DNA of 64,000 nucleotides, from NCBI GenBank assembly GCA_950097015.1, contig CATNEN010000034.1, forward strand, positions 6,448,001-6,512,000, written 5' to 3'. The stretch is from Macrostomum hystrix. Lineage: Eukaryota > Animalia > Platyhelminthes. A model generated the notes under the pieces. It ran no database searches. It had not been told where the DNA came from and saw only the letters and a program-made list of their open reading frames with translations. The position numbers were made by a program, and so were the translations under genes. Each line of letters starts with the position of its first letter. The stretch's first letter is position 1. This document shows, piece by piece, positions 1-12,200 of the stretch.

Positions 1-26
1 GATTAAAGTTCAAGAAAAATGTGGGC

Positions 27-509
27 TTATGTAGTTTCTAAGTAAGCTTCGGATGTGTCGGAGGACAAACTCGAGTTCCCCACGTATTCAATTAGGCGGT
101 TTTCTTTGGCAGAATTTTTGCGGTTTTCGACCAGCTGAACAATCAGGCACGCGAGCTGCAGCGCAAAGACGAGTACCAGGCCGACTATACAGAACAGATC
201 GGCGTGTTTATCGTCACTCGGTCCTAGGACTCTTCCGAATTGAACACAGCGCAGCATGAACACGACGTATTCGAGGCTGCAGGCTGAGCCCATGAACACG
301 AATGCCAGGCAGCGGATCCGGCGCTGGCCAATCCGCAGTCGCGGCGAGGCAGCCTTCTCGAATGGATAGCGATTGTTGCTGTCAAACTGGTGGTCCTTGG
401 TGTTGCTGCGATTGTACAGCTGCTGGCTGGGCCACAGGTTACTGTGAACCAAGTTGCGGCGCCGCTTCAAGTGCATTCGTCTGGCGATGTCAGCAATTGG
501 GAAGTTCAT
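27..509 (-). CDS. Possible single-exon orphan membrane protein, 160 aa, two hydrophobic segments
   Basis: ATG-started ORF in non-repetitive, GC-richer sequence. Two hydrophobic stretches (IRCLAFVFMGSACSLEYVVFML; LFCIVGLVLVFALQLACLIVQLV). No family recognised. Confidence 0.35.
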   Translation of the reverse strand: MNFPIADIARRMHLKRRRNLVHSNLWPSQQLYNRSNTKDHQFDSNNRYPFEKAASPRLRIGQRRIRCLAFVFMGSACSLEYVVFMLRCVQFGRVLGPSDDKHADLFCIVGLVLVFALQLACLIVQLVENRKNSAKENRLIEYVGNSSLSSDTSEAYLETT

Positions 510-678
510 CGCGTCTATCTTGAGAAATCTCTCTCACTACAGCAGTCTAGGGGATGGGTTGCCATAGACGTTTTTGATCTAATTCATATTTAGATTTTTA
601 GGAGAAGTCCAAATTGAATACCGAGGATCAGACATTTTAGCACAGATGCAAACTTAGCTAGTAAAAAGCTGCTGAGAT

Positions 679-1044
679 AGGCGGTCGGTGGCAGAGCGGT
701 TATCGCGTTTGCCTCTCGCACCACGGTCCCTAAGTTCGATTCCACGGCGAGGCCACATTTATTTGGGGCGCAGCCGCGGAGAGAAGGCTTGAGGGCTTGT
801 CGTGCAATTTACGCCCTTGTGGGCCAACCTCCAAAGCAAAGTTAAATGTACACTGCCTGACGATGAGAAAGTCAGGGCAGATGTACACACCTGTGTGAGC
901 GTGTACCTGCGTACAGTGTCTGTGTGCGTGTGTGCTCAGGAGTGAGTGAAATGGGCAGAATTGCCTCCTCGCTGGCTGCGGGTCTAGTGTCACTAAATGA
1001 TGTGCCACTGCCCGCAGCCCTCCTGCAATTATTATTATTATTAT
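679..1044 (+). mobile_element. tRNA-derived SINE, family A, full-length copy
   Basis: Box A-like TGGCAGAGCGG, box B-like GTTCGATTCC and (TTA)n tail. 12-bp TSD AGCTGCTGAGAT at 667-678 and 1045-1056. Near-identical copy at 63313-63677. Confidence 0.9.
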
Positions 1045-1053
1045 AGCTGCTGA

Positions 1054-1560
1054 GATGGAATCGTAGATGGAATCGTAGATGGAATCGTAGATGGAATCGT
1101 AGATGGAATCGTAGATGGAATCGTAGATGGAATCGTAGATGGAATCGTAGATGGAATCGTAGATGGAATCGTAGATGGAATCGTAGATGGAATCGTAGAT
1201 GGAATCGTAGATGGAATCGTAGATGGAATCGTAGATGGAATCGTAGATGGAATCGTAGATGGAATCGTAGATGGAATCGTAGATGGAATCGTAGATGGAA
1301 TCGTAGATGGAATCGTAGATGGAATCGTAGATGGAATCGTAGATGGAATCGTAGATGGAATCGTAGATGGAATCGTAGATGGAATCGTAGATGGAATCGT
1401 AGATGGAATCGTAGCAGGAATCAGCTGGAATCAAAGTTAGAATGTGGAATCGTAGCAGGAATCAGCTGGAATCAAAGTTAGAATGTGGAATCGTAGCAGG
1501 AATCAGCTGGAATCAAAGCTAGAATGTGGAATCGTAGCAGGAATCAGCTGCAATAGCTAG
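1054..1560. repeat. GGAAT-type minisatellite: 30 x GATGGAATCGTA, then about 3 x 41-bp related unit
   Basis: Perfect 12-mer array 1054-1413. The 41-mer GCAGGAATCAGCTGGAATCAAAGTTAGAATGTGGAATCGTA starts at 1414. Explains ORF 730..1434 (SIYD)n. Confidence 0.95.
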
Positions 1561-2499
1561 AATCGAATGTAGAATCGTATCAGTGATATCGAAGATGGAA
1601 TTGTTTGTCGGCCTGATGAAGATCTTAAATTGGTATATTTAAAGTGCAAGTGCAAATGTGAAGCGTATGAAATTTAAAATTTTTTAACATTTTTTTGTCC
1701 GTAGTCACACCCAGTACGTTTAAAAATCTTTTAATAGAAATCTGACAGTTTTATTTGAACCAATTGTATGCAACCAAGTTAATGCATAGAGCCATAGTAA
1801 TAAAGCAAGCAAAAGTAATATGAAACGAGTAGATCTTAGAATTTAGCAAGAAAGAAATATATAAAAGGATGTGCATTAAATCACGAATGTAACCAGGTGT
1901 AACCATACTGAACGAATTCACTATGCAAATTTTAGCAGTACAGACTTGGAGGGACAGAGGAAAAGTAAGTAAGTGCGTGTAACTTTGCAATACATTTAAT
2001 TTAAAACATAGCTCGTATAATTTGTACTAGCAGACATTGACTGTCGTACACAAAATGTGCGAAAAATCAGTTTGTAACTGATTTTCATCAACCTGTTCAG
2101 CGTATCCCATCTTTCCTAAACTGTAATCATTTTTAGATAAGCACAATTGTTGTAGCTCAGAGAAGAAATATGTGTAATTTTTATCTAGTCAGTATTACAG
2201 AGTTAAAAATTATTATTCAGCAGGGATAATTTCTAGCAACTAAATTCTGAGAAAAAGTTTTATTGACAAATATATAAAGTTTTTTTTCATAAATAAGCTG
2301 TGAGAAAAGCACACGAGCAATCAACGGCCCCAGCCGAAAAGGCATAATCTGACAATACTCTGTTTCCGGTATCTTTTAAATAAATATAAAAAAATCTAAG
2401 AAGCGATAAAGAATTCAAATATTCATCTTAAATTTTAGAAAGCAGTCGATAGTTCGCAAGTTAAACCACACAACAGAGCCCCTGGCTGTTTTAATATGT

Positions 2500-2889
2500 A
2501 AATAATAATGACACTAGACCCAAGGGCCAGTGCAGGTGTTGTGTGTCAAGCACACTAGTAGGTGGGGACTGCACACCTAATGTACTCCCCGGCTCTCTCG
2601 GACACCGGTTGACAGCCGCGTGTCAGCAATGGAATTTATTTTTTTCCAAACATATCGGCAGCATCAGAACCCCACTGAATTGCCGCACAGAACTGCTTTA
2701 TTTCAGGCCAGCCGGAATTATTATTACCCGACGAAATGTCGGTACTCATTTGCAGCTGAGTAGACTGTGAGCACATCAGGGCAAAGCAGCTTGCTAAAGG
2801 CTGCACGAATAGTTCTAGACTAGGTCGGGAGTCGAACCCAGGACCATCTGATCCAGAGTCCGACACCTTACTGACTCTGCTATCCGCCC
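2500..2889 (-). mobile_element. tRNA-derived SINE, group B
   Basis: Minus-strand head TAGCAGAGTCAGTAAGG...GGTTCGACTCC (box A/B) and central block CCTTTAGCAAG...CAGCTGCAAATGAGTACC. Ends GGGTCTAGTGTC plus (ATT)n. Imperfect 10-bp TSD TTTAATATGT (2490-2499) / TTCAATATGT (2890-2899). Confidence 0.75.
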
Positions 2890-3260
2890 TTCAATATGTG
2901 CACGAATTCAAAATACACTTGTACGTTGAGGAAATTCTTAGAAACACTTGTCGTTAAAATTTTTACGGATTTTATTCCCTCTAAGCAGTTAAAACCTGAA
3001 CGAAGCCTGTAGATTTGATTGAGAGTGACACAATAAAACTGCAGCCAGTGGATCTGATGCACAGTGAGCCATAGAGCAAAACGCTTTTTTCGTACTTTTT
3101 CAATCTACGAGCGCATTTAAATTCCTAATGCCGCCAATTTAAGCATTTTTCTAAGATCTTCCTGTGTTTTGAAGGTCTATTCAAAATACGATAATCTGAT
3201 GATCATTTTTTCTCAAAAATGGGATAATTTTCTACGCATCGTCATCCGCTGACTCAATCG

Positions 3261-6200
3261 CTATCTGGGACTCGGGGAGGCGGGCTGGTCGGGCGTGTTG
3301 CCAGCTGCTGTGATGTCACACGAGGAGGCAGACGAGCAGTGTCGATGATGGTGGTGATGCACCAGCGAAGATGTTGGGTAAAGCTTGTACCAGCCGATCA
3401 CAACGTTGGATAGGTCTAGGTCATCGAGCAGCACCTGACAGACGCCCATAAATGCCTTGCGATCCATTCGACCGTAGTCGCCCCACACGGTTACCTGCGA
3501 TTTATTTGTCACAAATAGTCATTTCCATTTGATTGAGAGCTACGAGTATAAAAGTTTTCTTGCACAGGTAATGCAAGATGGCCCAAACAGTTAACATTCC
3601 CTCACCTGAAGTATCTTTCCACTGAAGTCCTCCAGAAACACCAGCTGCTGCTGATAGAGCGGGTCCAGAGTGCGCCTGGTTACGGCTGTCTTCTGCTTCT
3701 CGAGACAGGTGCGGCCCTGCAGCAGGTAGACCTTGACATAATGGCGCCGGTAGAAGCTTAGCGCCCTTCTTAGCATAAAGGCTGCGAGCGCGGATCACCT
3801 CAACCTCAAGGCGGCCCTTCCGGTTAAAGAGGCCGAGCTGGATTTCTCCTAAGCTTGGTGTGCCCAGCACCTGCCTGCCAACCAGCTGGCCGGGTCCCAG
3901 GCCCTCGACAAAAGCAGTTAGATGACCACTATCACTGCCAAGTGGTGGCGGAGCACTACTGTTGCTCAGACTGTGGAATAGGTGAGTATTGCTTTGAATG
4001 AAACTTCTGCTTAAACGATGAGTAGCAACAATGATTTTTTTTCTGTTTCGACAACAGTCGCACTCACACAGCCGTGTCCAAACTGAACATGCTGCTGGCG
4101 TCGCCCTCAGCTGTCCTGACTAGAGTAGCGAGCTCTGGCTGCGCCAACTGGTCGGTTGGACAGCATAGGATCTGGACCGGCCAGGCTCGCCGGAAGAACC
4201 TCTTCAGAACGTTGGAATGCAGTGCGCTGCCTTTTGTCTGCGGGGATAGGAATGGATGAGTCTATAGTTTTAGTAGGATTTTGAAAACACGCCTTAAAAG
4301 AATCTCAATTTAGATTTGAGCTGTTTGATCGATGCTTCCGATAGTAGTTTTTCGGTGTCTAAAAAATCTAGGGCAAATAAACAAACACGCATAGGACGGC
4401 CTACTGTACTATGTACAGGTACAGGTACATGTAAATATATGAAATTAGCAACCGGTTAAGTGGGTTTCGTATCGACTTGACTTGCACCAACACACGACTC
4501 GAGTTACAGGAGATTACGAATGTACTTATATCAAGTTGTTTCGTGGAAAAAAACTGCAAAGTTTGAATTCGTGCAATCTGACACCAAGATAAATAATAAG
4601 CTATTCACACGTATGTTCCGTGAATATCACTTTAAAGTGTAGTTGCTTGGGCAGTCCGCATTTTAGTAATTAAGGGTGGTATTTATGACGGTTTTTATGA
4701 ATAGAAGTATTTTTTATAACCATAGGTTATTCACAATACCAGTCAGTTGTAGCACCACGCCACATGAAATTACATCAATTATACGCTACACGAAAAGGCA
4801 TATAGATGGTATTGCAACATAACTAATTCCATCAATCACTCACTCACTCACTCACTCACTCACTCACTCACTCACTCACTCACCCTGTCACTCACCCTGT
4901 CACTCACCCTGTCACTCACCCTGTCACTCACCCTGTCACTCACCCTGTCACTCACACTGTCACTCACACTGTCACTCACCCTGTCACTCACCCTGTCACT
5001 CACCCTGTCACTCACCCTGTCACTCACCCTGTCACTCACCCTGTCACTCACCCTGTCACTCACCCTGTCACTCACCCTGTCACTCACACTGTCACTCACC
5101 CTGTCACTCACCCTGTCACTCACACTGTCACTCACACTGTCACTCACCCTGTCACTCACCCTGTCACTCACACTGTCACTCACCCTGTCACTCACCCTGT
5201 CACTCACACTGTCACTCACACTGTCACTCACCCTGTCACTCACCCTGTCACTCACTCATGTACCCACAGTCGTGGTATCAGATTTCCCTCTCACCCTTCC
5301 TACGTAGCTTGCGCCACAAAGCTGTGCGACCGCCACCTGCATGCTGCTGCTGCTGCTGCGGAGGAGGACGCAGCCAGACCATCTGCTTTTTCCGCGAGCC
5401 GTCAGCAGCAGCAGCGGCGGCGGCGGCGACAGCAGTTGGTGGCGCCGACGCGGCCGAAATAGACGATGAGGATGGGGTAAGCGAGAAGTTGTCGTCCTGT
5501 TCTCGATAGCTATAATTGTCGTCGAGCACTGATGACGCAAGAGAGAGACAGCGTAAACATGGATTAAAATAAATTCCCTTGCACTTTAACAACAACACTT
5601 ACTTTTCCATGATATCAATGACTTAAATGATCTAGAGTATAATCTCAACCACAGACTTGAGATCGGTTTCCCTTGCCGATCATTTTCGAATATTTGGTCA
5701 AGGATTTCTATACAGTGTATATGTTTGCATAATATAGGTGCTATGCACAGAAGTCCTTTATGTTGGTGCACTTATACTCTAATCATCTTGAAAATAATGC
5801 TCTAAAAAGCCAAGAAATCGTTCAGGTGCCAACAACAGTGATTTCACGAAAAAAAGTTTCAAAAAAAAAATTTCACAACAGATTAGCGCGTTGACAACAG
5901 AAGTAGTATTGTGCCCAATCTATTTTCAACTGAAATAACTTGCCAAAAAACTAAAATTTGTATAAAGAAAAACAGCATTCAAAGTACTATAATCTTATTC
6001 TCCGAAAAGCTTTTTATTAAATACGAAAAATCGTTTAAATAGTGATTATTATTTGATTCTCATGAATCATATTTTATCTCGCAATATAAGCACCGTTTAA
6101 TTCATCATAGTCTATGGTTAAAAGGCCTGATCGTTTCGCTCGCCTCGAGAACATTCCGCCCCCATATGGACTTCTCTAGCTGGCATGTCCGCGCAGGTCT

Positions 6201-9200
6201 CGGCGCCTACGTTATGATACGCCTCTGCGTTTTGGCCATAGACACTTCATTTAGTGCAAGCAAGATTTTATTGAATTAAGCGCCTTTGAGAGAGTTATTG
6301 GTATAAATAACGAGGGGCGAAGGCCTACCAAGGAGCCAAACTAAAAGAAGAAGGACGGGACACTTCGTTTCTTGGAAAAAATAATTACAGGCTGATTTTC
6401 ATGAACAAATGGACTAGCGAGATAGAAACGTTTCTTTTTTTAAAACTAAAATGGTGCCACATTTTTATCGGAAACAGGTCCAAATGCTGTTATTTTTATA
6501 TATCCTGCAAAACATGTTGCAGAAAATTTTTTTTAAATGCTTTTATCGTCAATTATTGATTTTTATTTTGTTTATTTATCATGAAGCACAATAACAACCA
6601 ATATCAGACATAAAATTAAAATCTTAAATAAACGAAAACTAAATAAAGATCCGAGATAGCAGATCCAATGCTGTTAATATAATATATCTTGCAAAACTTG
6701 TTGCTTCAACGAAAGCTTTATTCATGCTTCATGAATTCATGAAATAAATAAACGAAAACTAAATAAAGATCCGAGATAGCAGATCCAATGCTGTTAATAT
6801 AATATATCTTGCAAAACTTGTTGCTTCAATGAAAGCTTTATTCATGCTTCATGAATAAAGCTTTCGTTGAAGCAACAAGTTTTGCAAGATATACTCGTAT
6901 TATATTAACAGCATTGGATCTGCTTCCAAAAAAAGTTATCACCTTTTTAGTGTGAAAAAAAGTGAAAAGTTCCTATCTCGGAATAAATTTCCTAAGAAAC
7001 GAAGTGTCCGTAAATTTCCGAAAGCGAGCGTGATTCAGCAATATATTTTATAAGCTACTCACCCAGGTTAGTTGCGCTGGAGCTCTTCCGGCCAATCAGG
7101 TTGCTGAACCGCTGGCCCATGCTGGCTCTTCGACTCTTCTCCGACTTGCCGCCCGGCAGGCCGCTGTCGCTGCTGTTGCCGTCGTTGCCGCTGGAGATTT
7201 TCCTAGTCCGGCTGGCCGCGGCGGAGGCGGCTGTGGCGGTCGCGGCCGGGCCGGCAACGCTGACGCCGCGCATCAGTTGACTCTGCTGCGAGCGGCCGCT
7301 CGACCTCGGCAGTCGCTCGCTTTGTACCGACATTGCCGAAGACATCTCCGACGGCTCCGAGGCCGCCGGGCTGGCGACGCGCTCGATTGAAGAGCCGCGC
7401 AGATGCTGATGATGCTGATGATGGGGATGCTGCGGTCCGATGCTTGAGGCGCCTGGCAGCTGTGGCAGCTGTCTTCTTCGCCCGCCGGAGCTGGGGCCGA
7501 CCAATGAGTCGGAGCTGTCGATACTGCCGGAGTCGACTAGAACGGCCGGCGAAATTGACCGACTGTGGAATGAGTCGGAGCCGCCCCCGGCGTAACCTAT
7601 CGGCTCGGAGATAACGTCGCGACCTGGGCAACAGGGTTTAATAGGTTATTGAAGCTGCCCTTTCTTAGAATATTTCTTTGAAAGATAACGAAGTTCTTTA
7701 AAATTCCTTTTTCTTAGTTAGATAGTCCTTCGAATTCCATATTTTATAGAAAGATAGTTCTTAGGAATCTCAATTTCTTAGAAAGATAGTTCTTTGGAAT
7801 CCCTATTTCTTAGAAAAATAGTTCTTTGGAATCCCTATTTCTTAGAAAGATAGTTCTTTGGAATCCCTATTTCTTAGAAAGATAGTGCTTTGGAATCCCT
7901 ATTTCTTAGAAAGATAGTGCTTTGGAATCCCTATTTCTTAGAAAGATAGTTCTTTGGAATCTCTATTTCTTAGAAAGATAGTTCTTTGGAATCCCTATTT
8001 CTTAGAAAGATAGTTCTTTGGAATCCCTATTTCTTAGAAAGATAGTTCTTTGGAATCCCTATTTCTTAGAAAGATAGTTGTTCTTTGGAATTTTTTTTAG
8101 AATCTAAGATAGGAAATTGTTCTTATTTCTTTTGAGAATGTGTTTCTCTTGCAATTAAATTACCAGCCTAATTAGAAGTGTGATGTTTTCGAAAACTATT
8201 TTTGTAACCTAATAATCATTTTAGTTGCTCTTCTTAGAAAATAAAATTAACGAAATTAAGTCAATCTAAGCTTGAGAAACATAGTAAGAGCTCTCACCTC
8301 GTCTATATGTGTCCCCAAGGTGCTCCGGATATTTCTGAAATTGTAAAATAAAAAAGTTGGATACTTTCAACTTTAATAACACACTTTTTATAGTGATAAC
8401 GTTGGCCAATCAGAAAACGAGCTCACCTGAGTTGGCGTATCCGACTCGTCCGGACAGGTGAGTCTATAGGCTGCCGGCTCACCGCTCAGGTTGCAGCGAA
8501 TGAGCCTGATGCATGTCTGTGGACCAGGCGGGTATTTTATTTGCTTGACTCTATCAGGGACTTATTAATGATAAACTGCTCTTCATTATAGGTCTTTCAG
8601 TCCTGTATGTCTGTCCTGGTATCTGTCTGTCCTGGGAGTCTGTCCTGGGTGTCTATTCTGGGTGTGTGTCTTCTGTACTGGTTGTCTGTCTGTCCTGGGT
8701 GTCTGTCCTGGGTACCTGTCCTGGGTGCCTGTCTGTCCTGGGTGTCTGTCCTGGGTGCCTGTCCTGGGTGCCTGTCTGTCCTGGGTATCTGTCTGTCCTT
8801 GGTGTCTGCTGTCCTGGGTGTCTGCTGTCTGGGGTGTCTGTCCTGGGTGTCTGTCCTGGGTGTCTGCTGTCTGGGGTGTCTGTCTTGTGTGTCTGTCTGT
8901 CCTGGGTGTCTGTCCTGGGTGCCTGTCCTGGGTGCCTGTCTGTCCTGGGTGTCTGTCCTGGGTGCCTGTCCTGGGTGCCTGTCTGTCCTGGGTGTCTGCT
9001 GTCTGGGGTGTCTGTCCTGGGTGTCTTTCCTGGGTGTCTGCTGTCTGGGGTGTCTGTCTTGTGTGTCTGTCTGTCCTGGGTGTCTGTCCTGGGTGCCTGT
9101 CTGTCCTGGGTTTCTGTCCTGGGTGCCTGTCTGTCCTGGGTGTCTGTCCTGGGTGCCTGTCCTGGGTGCCTGTCCTGGGTGCCTGTCTGTCCTGGGTGCC

Positions 9201-12200
9201 TGTCCTGGGTGCCTGTCTGTCATGGGTGCCTGTCTGTCCTGGGTGTCTGTCTGTCCTGGGTGTCTGTCCTGGGTGTCTGCTGTCTGGGGTGTCTGTCTTG
9301 TGTGTCTGTCTGTCCTGGGTGCCTGTCCAGGGTGTCTGTCTGTCCTGGGTATCTGTCTGTCCTTGGTGTCTGCTGTCCTGGGTGTCTGCTGTCTGGGGTG
9401 TCTGTCCTGGGTGTCTGTCAGTTTGCCACCAGTGCCTGTCCCGCTCACCTCCCCGATGAGCCAGCAGCCGTTCAAGTCATCAAAGTCCAGCACCTCGATG
9501 TGCAGGCTGGCGTGGTGCAGCTGCTCCTCGTCGATGGGGGAAAACGTGAAGGACTGGTTCCACACCGGCTCGTTTGTGTAGGAGACCGTTTTTGAGCGGC
9601 GCTTGTGACTGGTTGAGTTGTTGGAGTTTAAACTGGTTAACTTTTGAAGTAGATTAAACTTTAATTAACAAAGAACAATGATAATACCACTTTGCCCCTT
9701 GATAAACACTGAAGAACCGTTGATAAACACAGAAGAACGACTGATAAATACACAATGAGCATTGAGAAACACACAATAACTATTGATAAACACACAATGA
9801 CCATTGATAAACACGCAATGATCATTGATAAACACAAACTGATCATTGATAAACACACAATGATCATTGATAAACACAAACTGATCATTGATAAACACAC
9901 AATGATCATTGATAAACACAAACTGATCATTGATAAACACACAATGATCATTGATAAACACAAACTGATCATTGATAAACACACAATGATCATTGACAAA
10001 CACACAATAACTATTGACAAACACACAATAACTATTGATAAACACACAATGACCATTGATAAACACAAACTGATCATTGATAAACACAAACTGATCATTG
10101 ATAAACACAAACTGATCATTGATAAACACAAACTGATCATTGATAAACACACAATGATCATTGATAAACACAAACTGATCATTGATAAACACACAATGAT
10201 CATTGACAAACACACAATAACTATTGATAAACACACAATGACCATTGATAATCACAAACTGATCATTGATAAACACACAATTATCATTGATAAACACAAA
10301 CTGATCATTGATAAACACACAATGATCATTGATAATCACAAACTGATCATTGATAAACACACAATTATCATTGATAAACACAAACTGATCATTGATAAAC
10401 ACACAATTATCATTGATAAACACAAACTGATCATTGATAAACACAAACTGATCATTGATAAACACAGGAGAAAGGCACTGATTAGCCTCAGTTTCAGGCG
10501 AGCTACCTCCTCTCTGGCAGCAGGCAGAGCACGGCGAATGCATTCAACTGGGTGCTGCTGTGCGGTGCCACCAAGCCGACAGCCGAGACGAGTCGAACCA
10601 GCAGCTGCGAGGAGCTGGCGTCGAACCAGAGCTTCAGCTGAACCCGGCCAGCTGGTAGACGTCCTGTTGAGGCCGACGACGCGTTGTTTGAGCTGGCCAT
10701 CGTGGCGGCACCGAGTCCGGGATCCAGGGCGTCGCCGGAAGCCGAGGGAAACCGTGGCACGTGCGGCGGAGGTCGATCTCGCTCTTCAGAGGGCGCTCGG
10801 ACTGCGAAAGCTGATTGGAAAGCATCCGAGCTCATGTACTTTTAAGTGTTTCAGTTAGTTAGGTGGGTTGTTTAACACTGCCACACCTGCGTGCATGAGT
10901 TAAAAACTATAAGAACAATTCTTACCTCCACGAGCAGCGGACTGCCGATAGCCGGGGTCACTGAAATGGCAAACAGTTTAGCGTGCTTTCATTTTTAAGG
11001 TCTGACACAGAATCTGAGAATCTGACACAGAATCCGAGAATCTGACACTGAATCCGAGAATCTGACACAGAATCTGACACTGAATCTGACACAGAATCTG
11101 ACACAGAATCTTATGCAGAATCTGACACAGAATCTTATGCAGAATCTGAAACATAATCAGAGAATCTGACACAGAATCTGAGAATCTGACACAGAATCTG
11201 ACACAGAATCTGAGAATCTGACACAGAATCTGACACAGAATCTGACACAGAATCTGACACAGAATCTGAGAATCTGACACAGAATCTGAGAATCTGACAC
11301 AAAATCTGAGAATCTGACACAGAATCTGAGAATCTGACACAGAATCTGAGAATCTGACACTGAATCTGACACTGAATCTGACACTGAATCTGACACAAAA
11401 TCTGACACTGAATCTGACACTGAATCTGACACTGAATCTGACACTGAATCTGAGAATCTGACACTGAATCTGACACAGAATCTGAGAATCTGACACTGAA
11501 TCTGACACTGAATCTGACACTGAATCTGACACTGAATCTGACACTGAATCTGACACTGAATCTGACACTGAATCTGACACAAAATCTGAGAATCTGACAC
11601 AGAATCTGAGAATCTGACACTGAATCTGACACTGAATCTGACACTGAATCTGACACTGAATCTGACACAGAATCTGACACAGAATCTGACACAGAATCTG
11701 AGAATCTGACACAGAATCTGAGAATCTGACACAAAATCTGAGAATCTGACACAGAATCTGAGAATCTGACACAGAATCTGAGAATCTGACACTGAATCTG
11801 ACACTGAATCTGACACTGAATCTGACACAAAATCTGACACTGAATCTGACACTGAATCTGACACTGAATCTGACACTGAATCTGAGAATCTGACACTGAA
11901 TCTGACACAGAATCTGAGAATCTGACACTGAATCTGACACTGAATCTGACACTGAATCTGACACAGAATCTGACACTGAATCTAACACTGAATCTGACAC
12001 AAAATCTGAGAATCTGACACAGAATCTGAGAATCTGACACTGAATCTGACACTGAATCTGACACTGAATCTGACACTGAATCTGACACTGAATCTGACAC
12101 AGAATCTGAGAATCTGACACTGAATCTGACACTGAATCTGACACTGAATCTGACACTGAATCTGACACCGTTTTATCGCTGAGGCTCACTCAATCGTTCT

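Noticed and set aside
680-750. tRNA genes at 680, 2820-2889, 52690-52750 and 63313
   Set aside because: Box A/B motifs are present, but each continues into a shared non-tRNA body with a tail and TSD. I could not build a full cloverleaf, so these are SINE heads.
853-875. Hammerhead ribozyme in SINE-A (CTGACGA...GAAA)
   Set aside because: Only 3 nt separate the two core motifs, so there is no stem II. No compatible stem III or NUH site follows, and CTGAC pairs with the downstream GTCAG in a simple hairpin.
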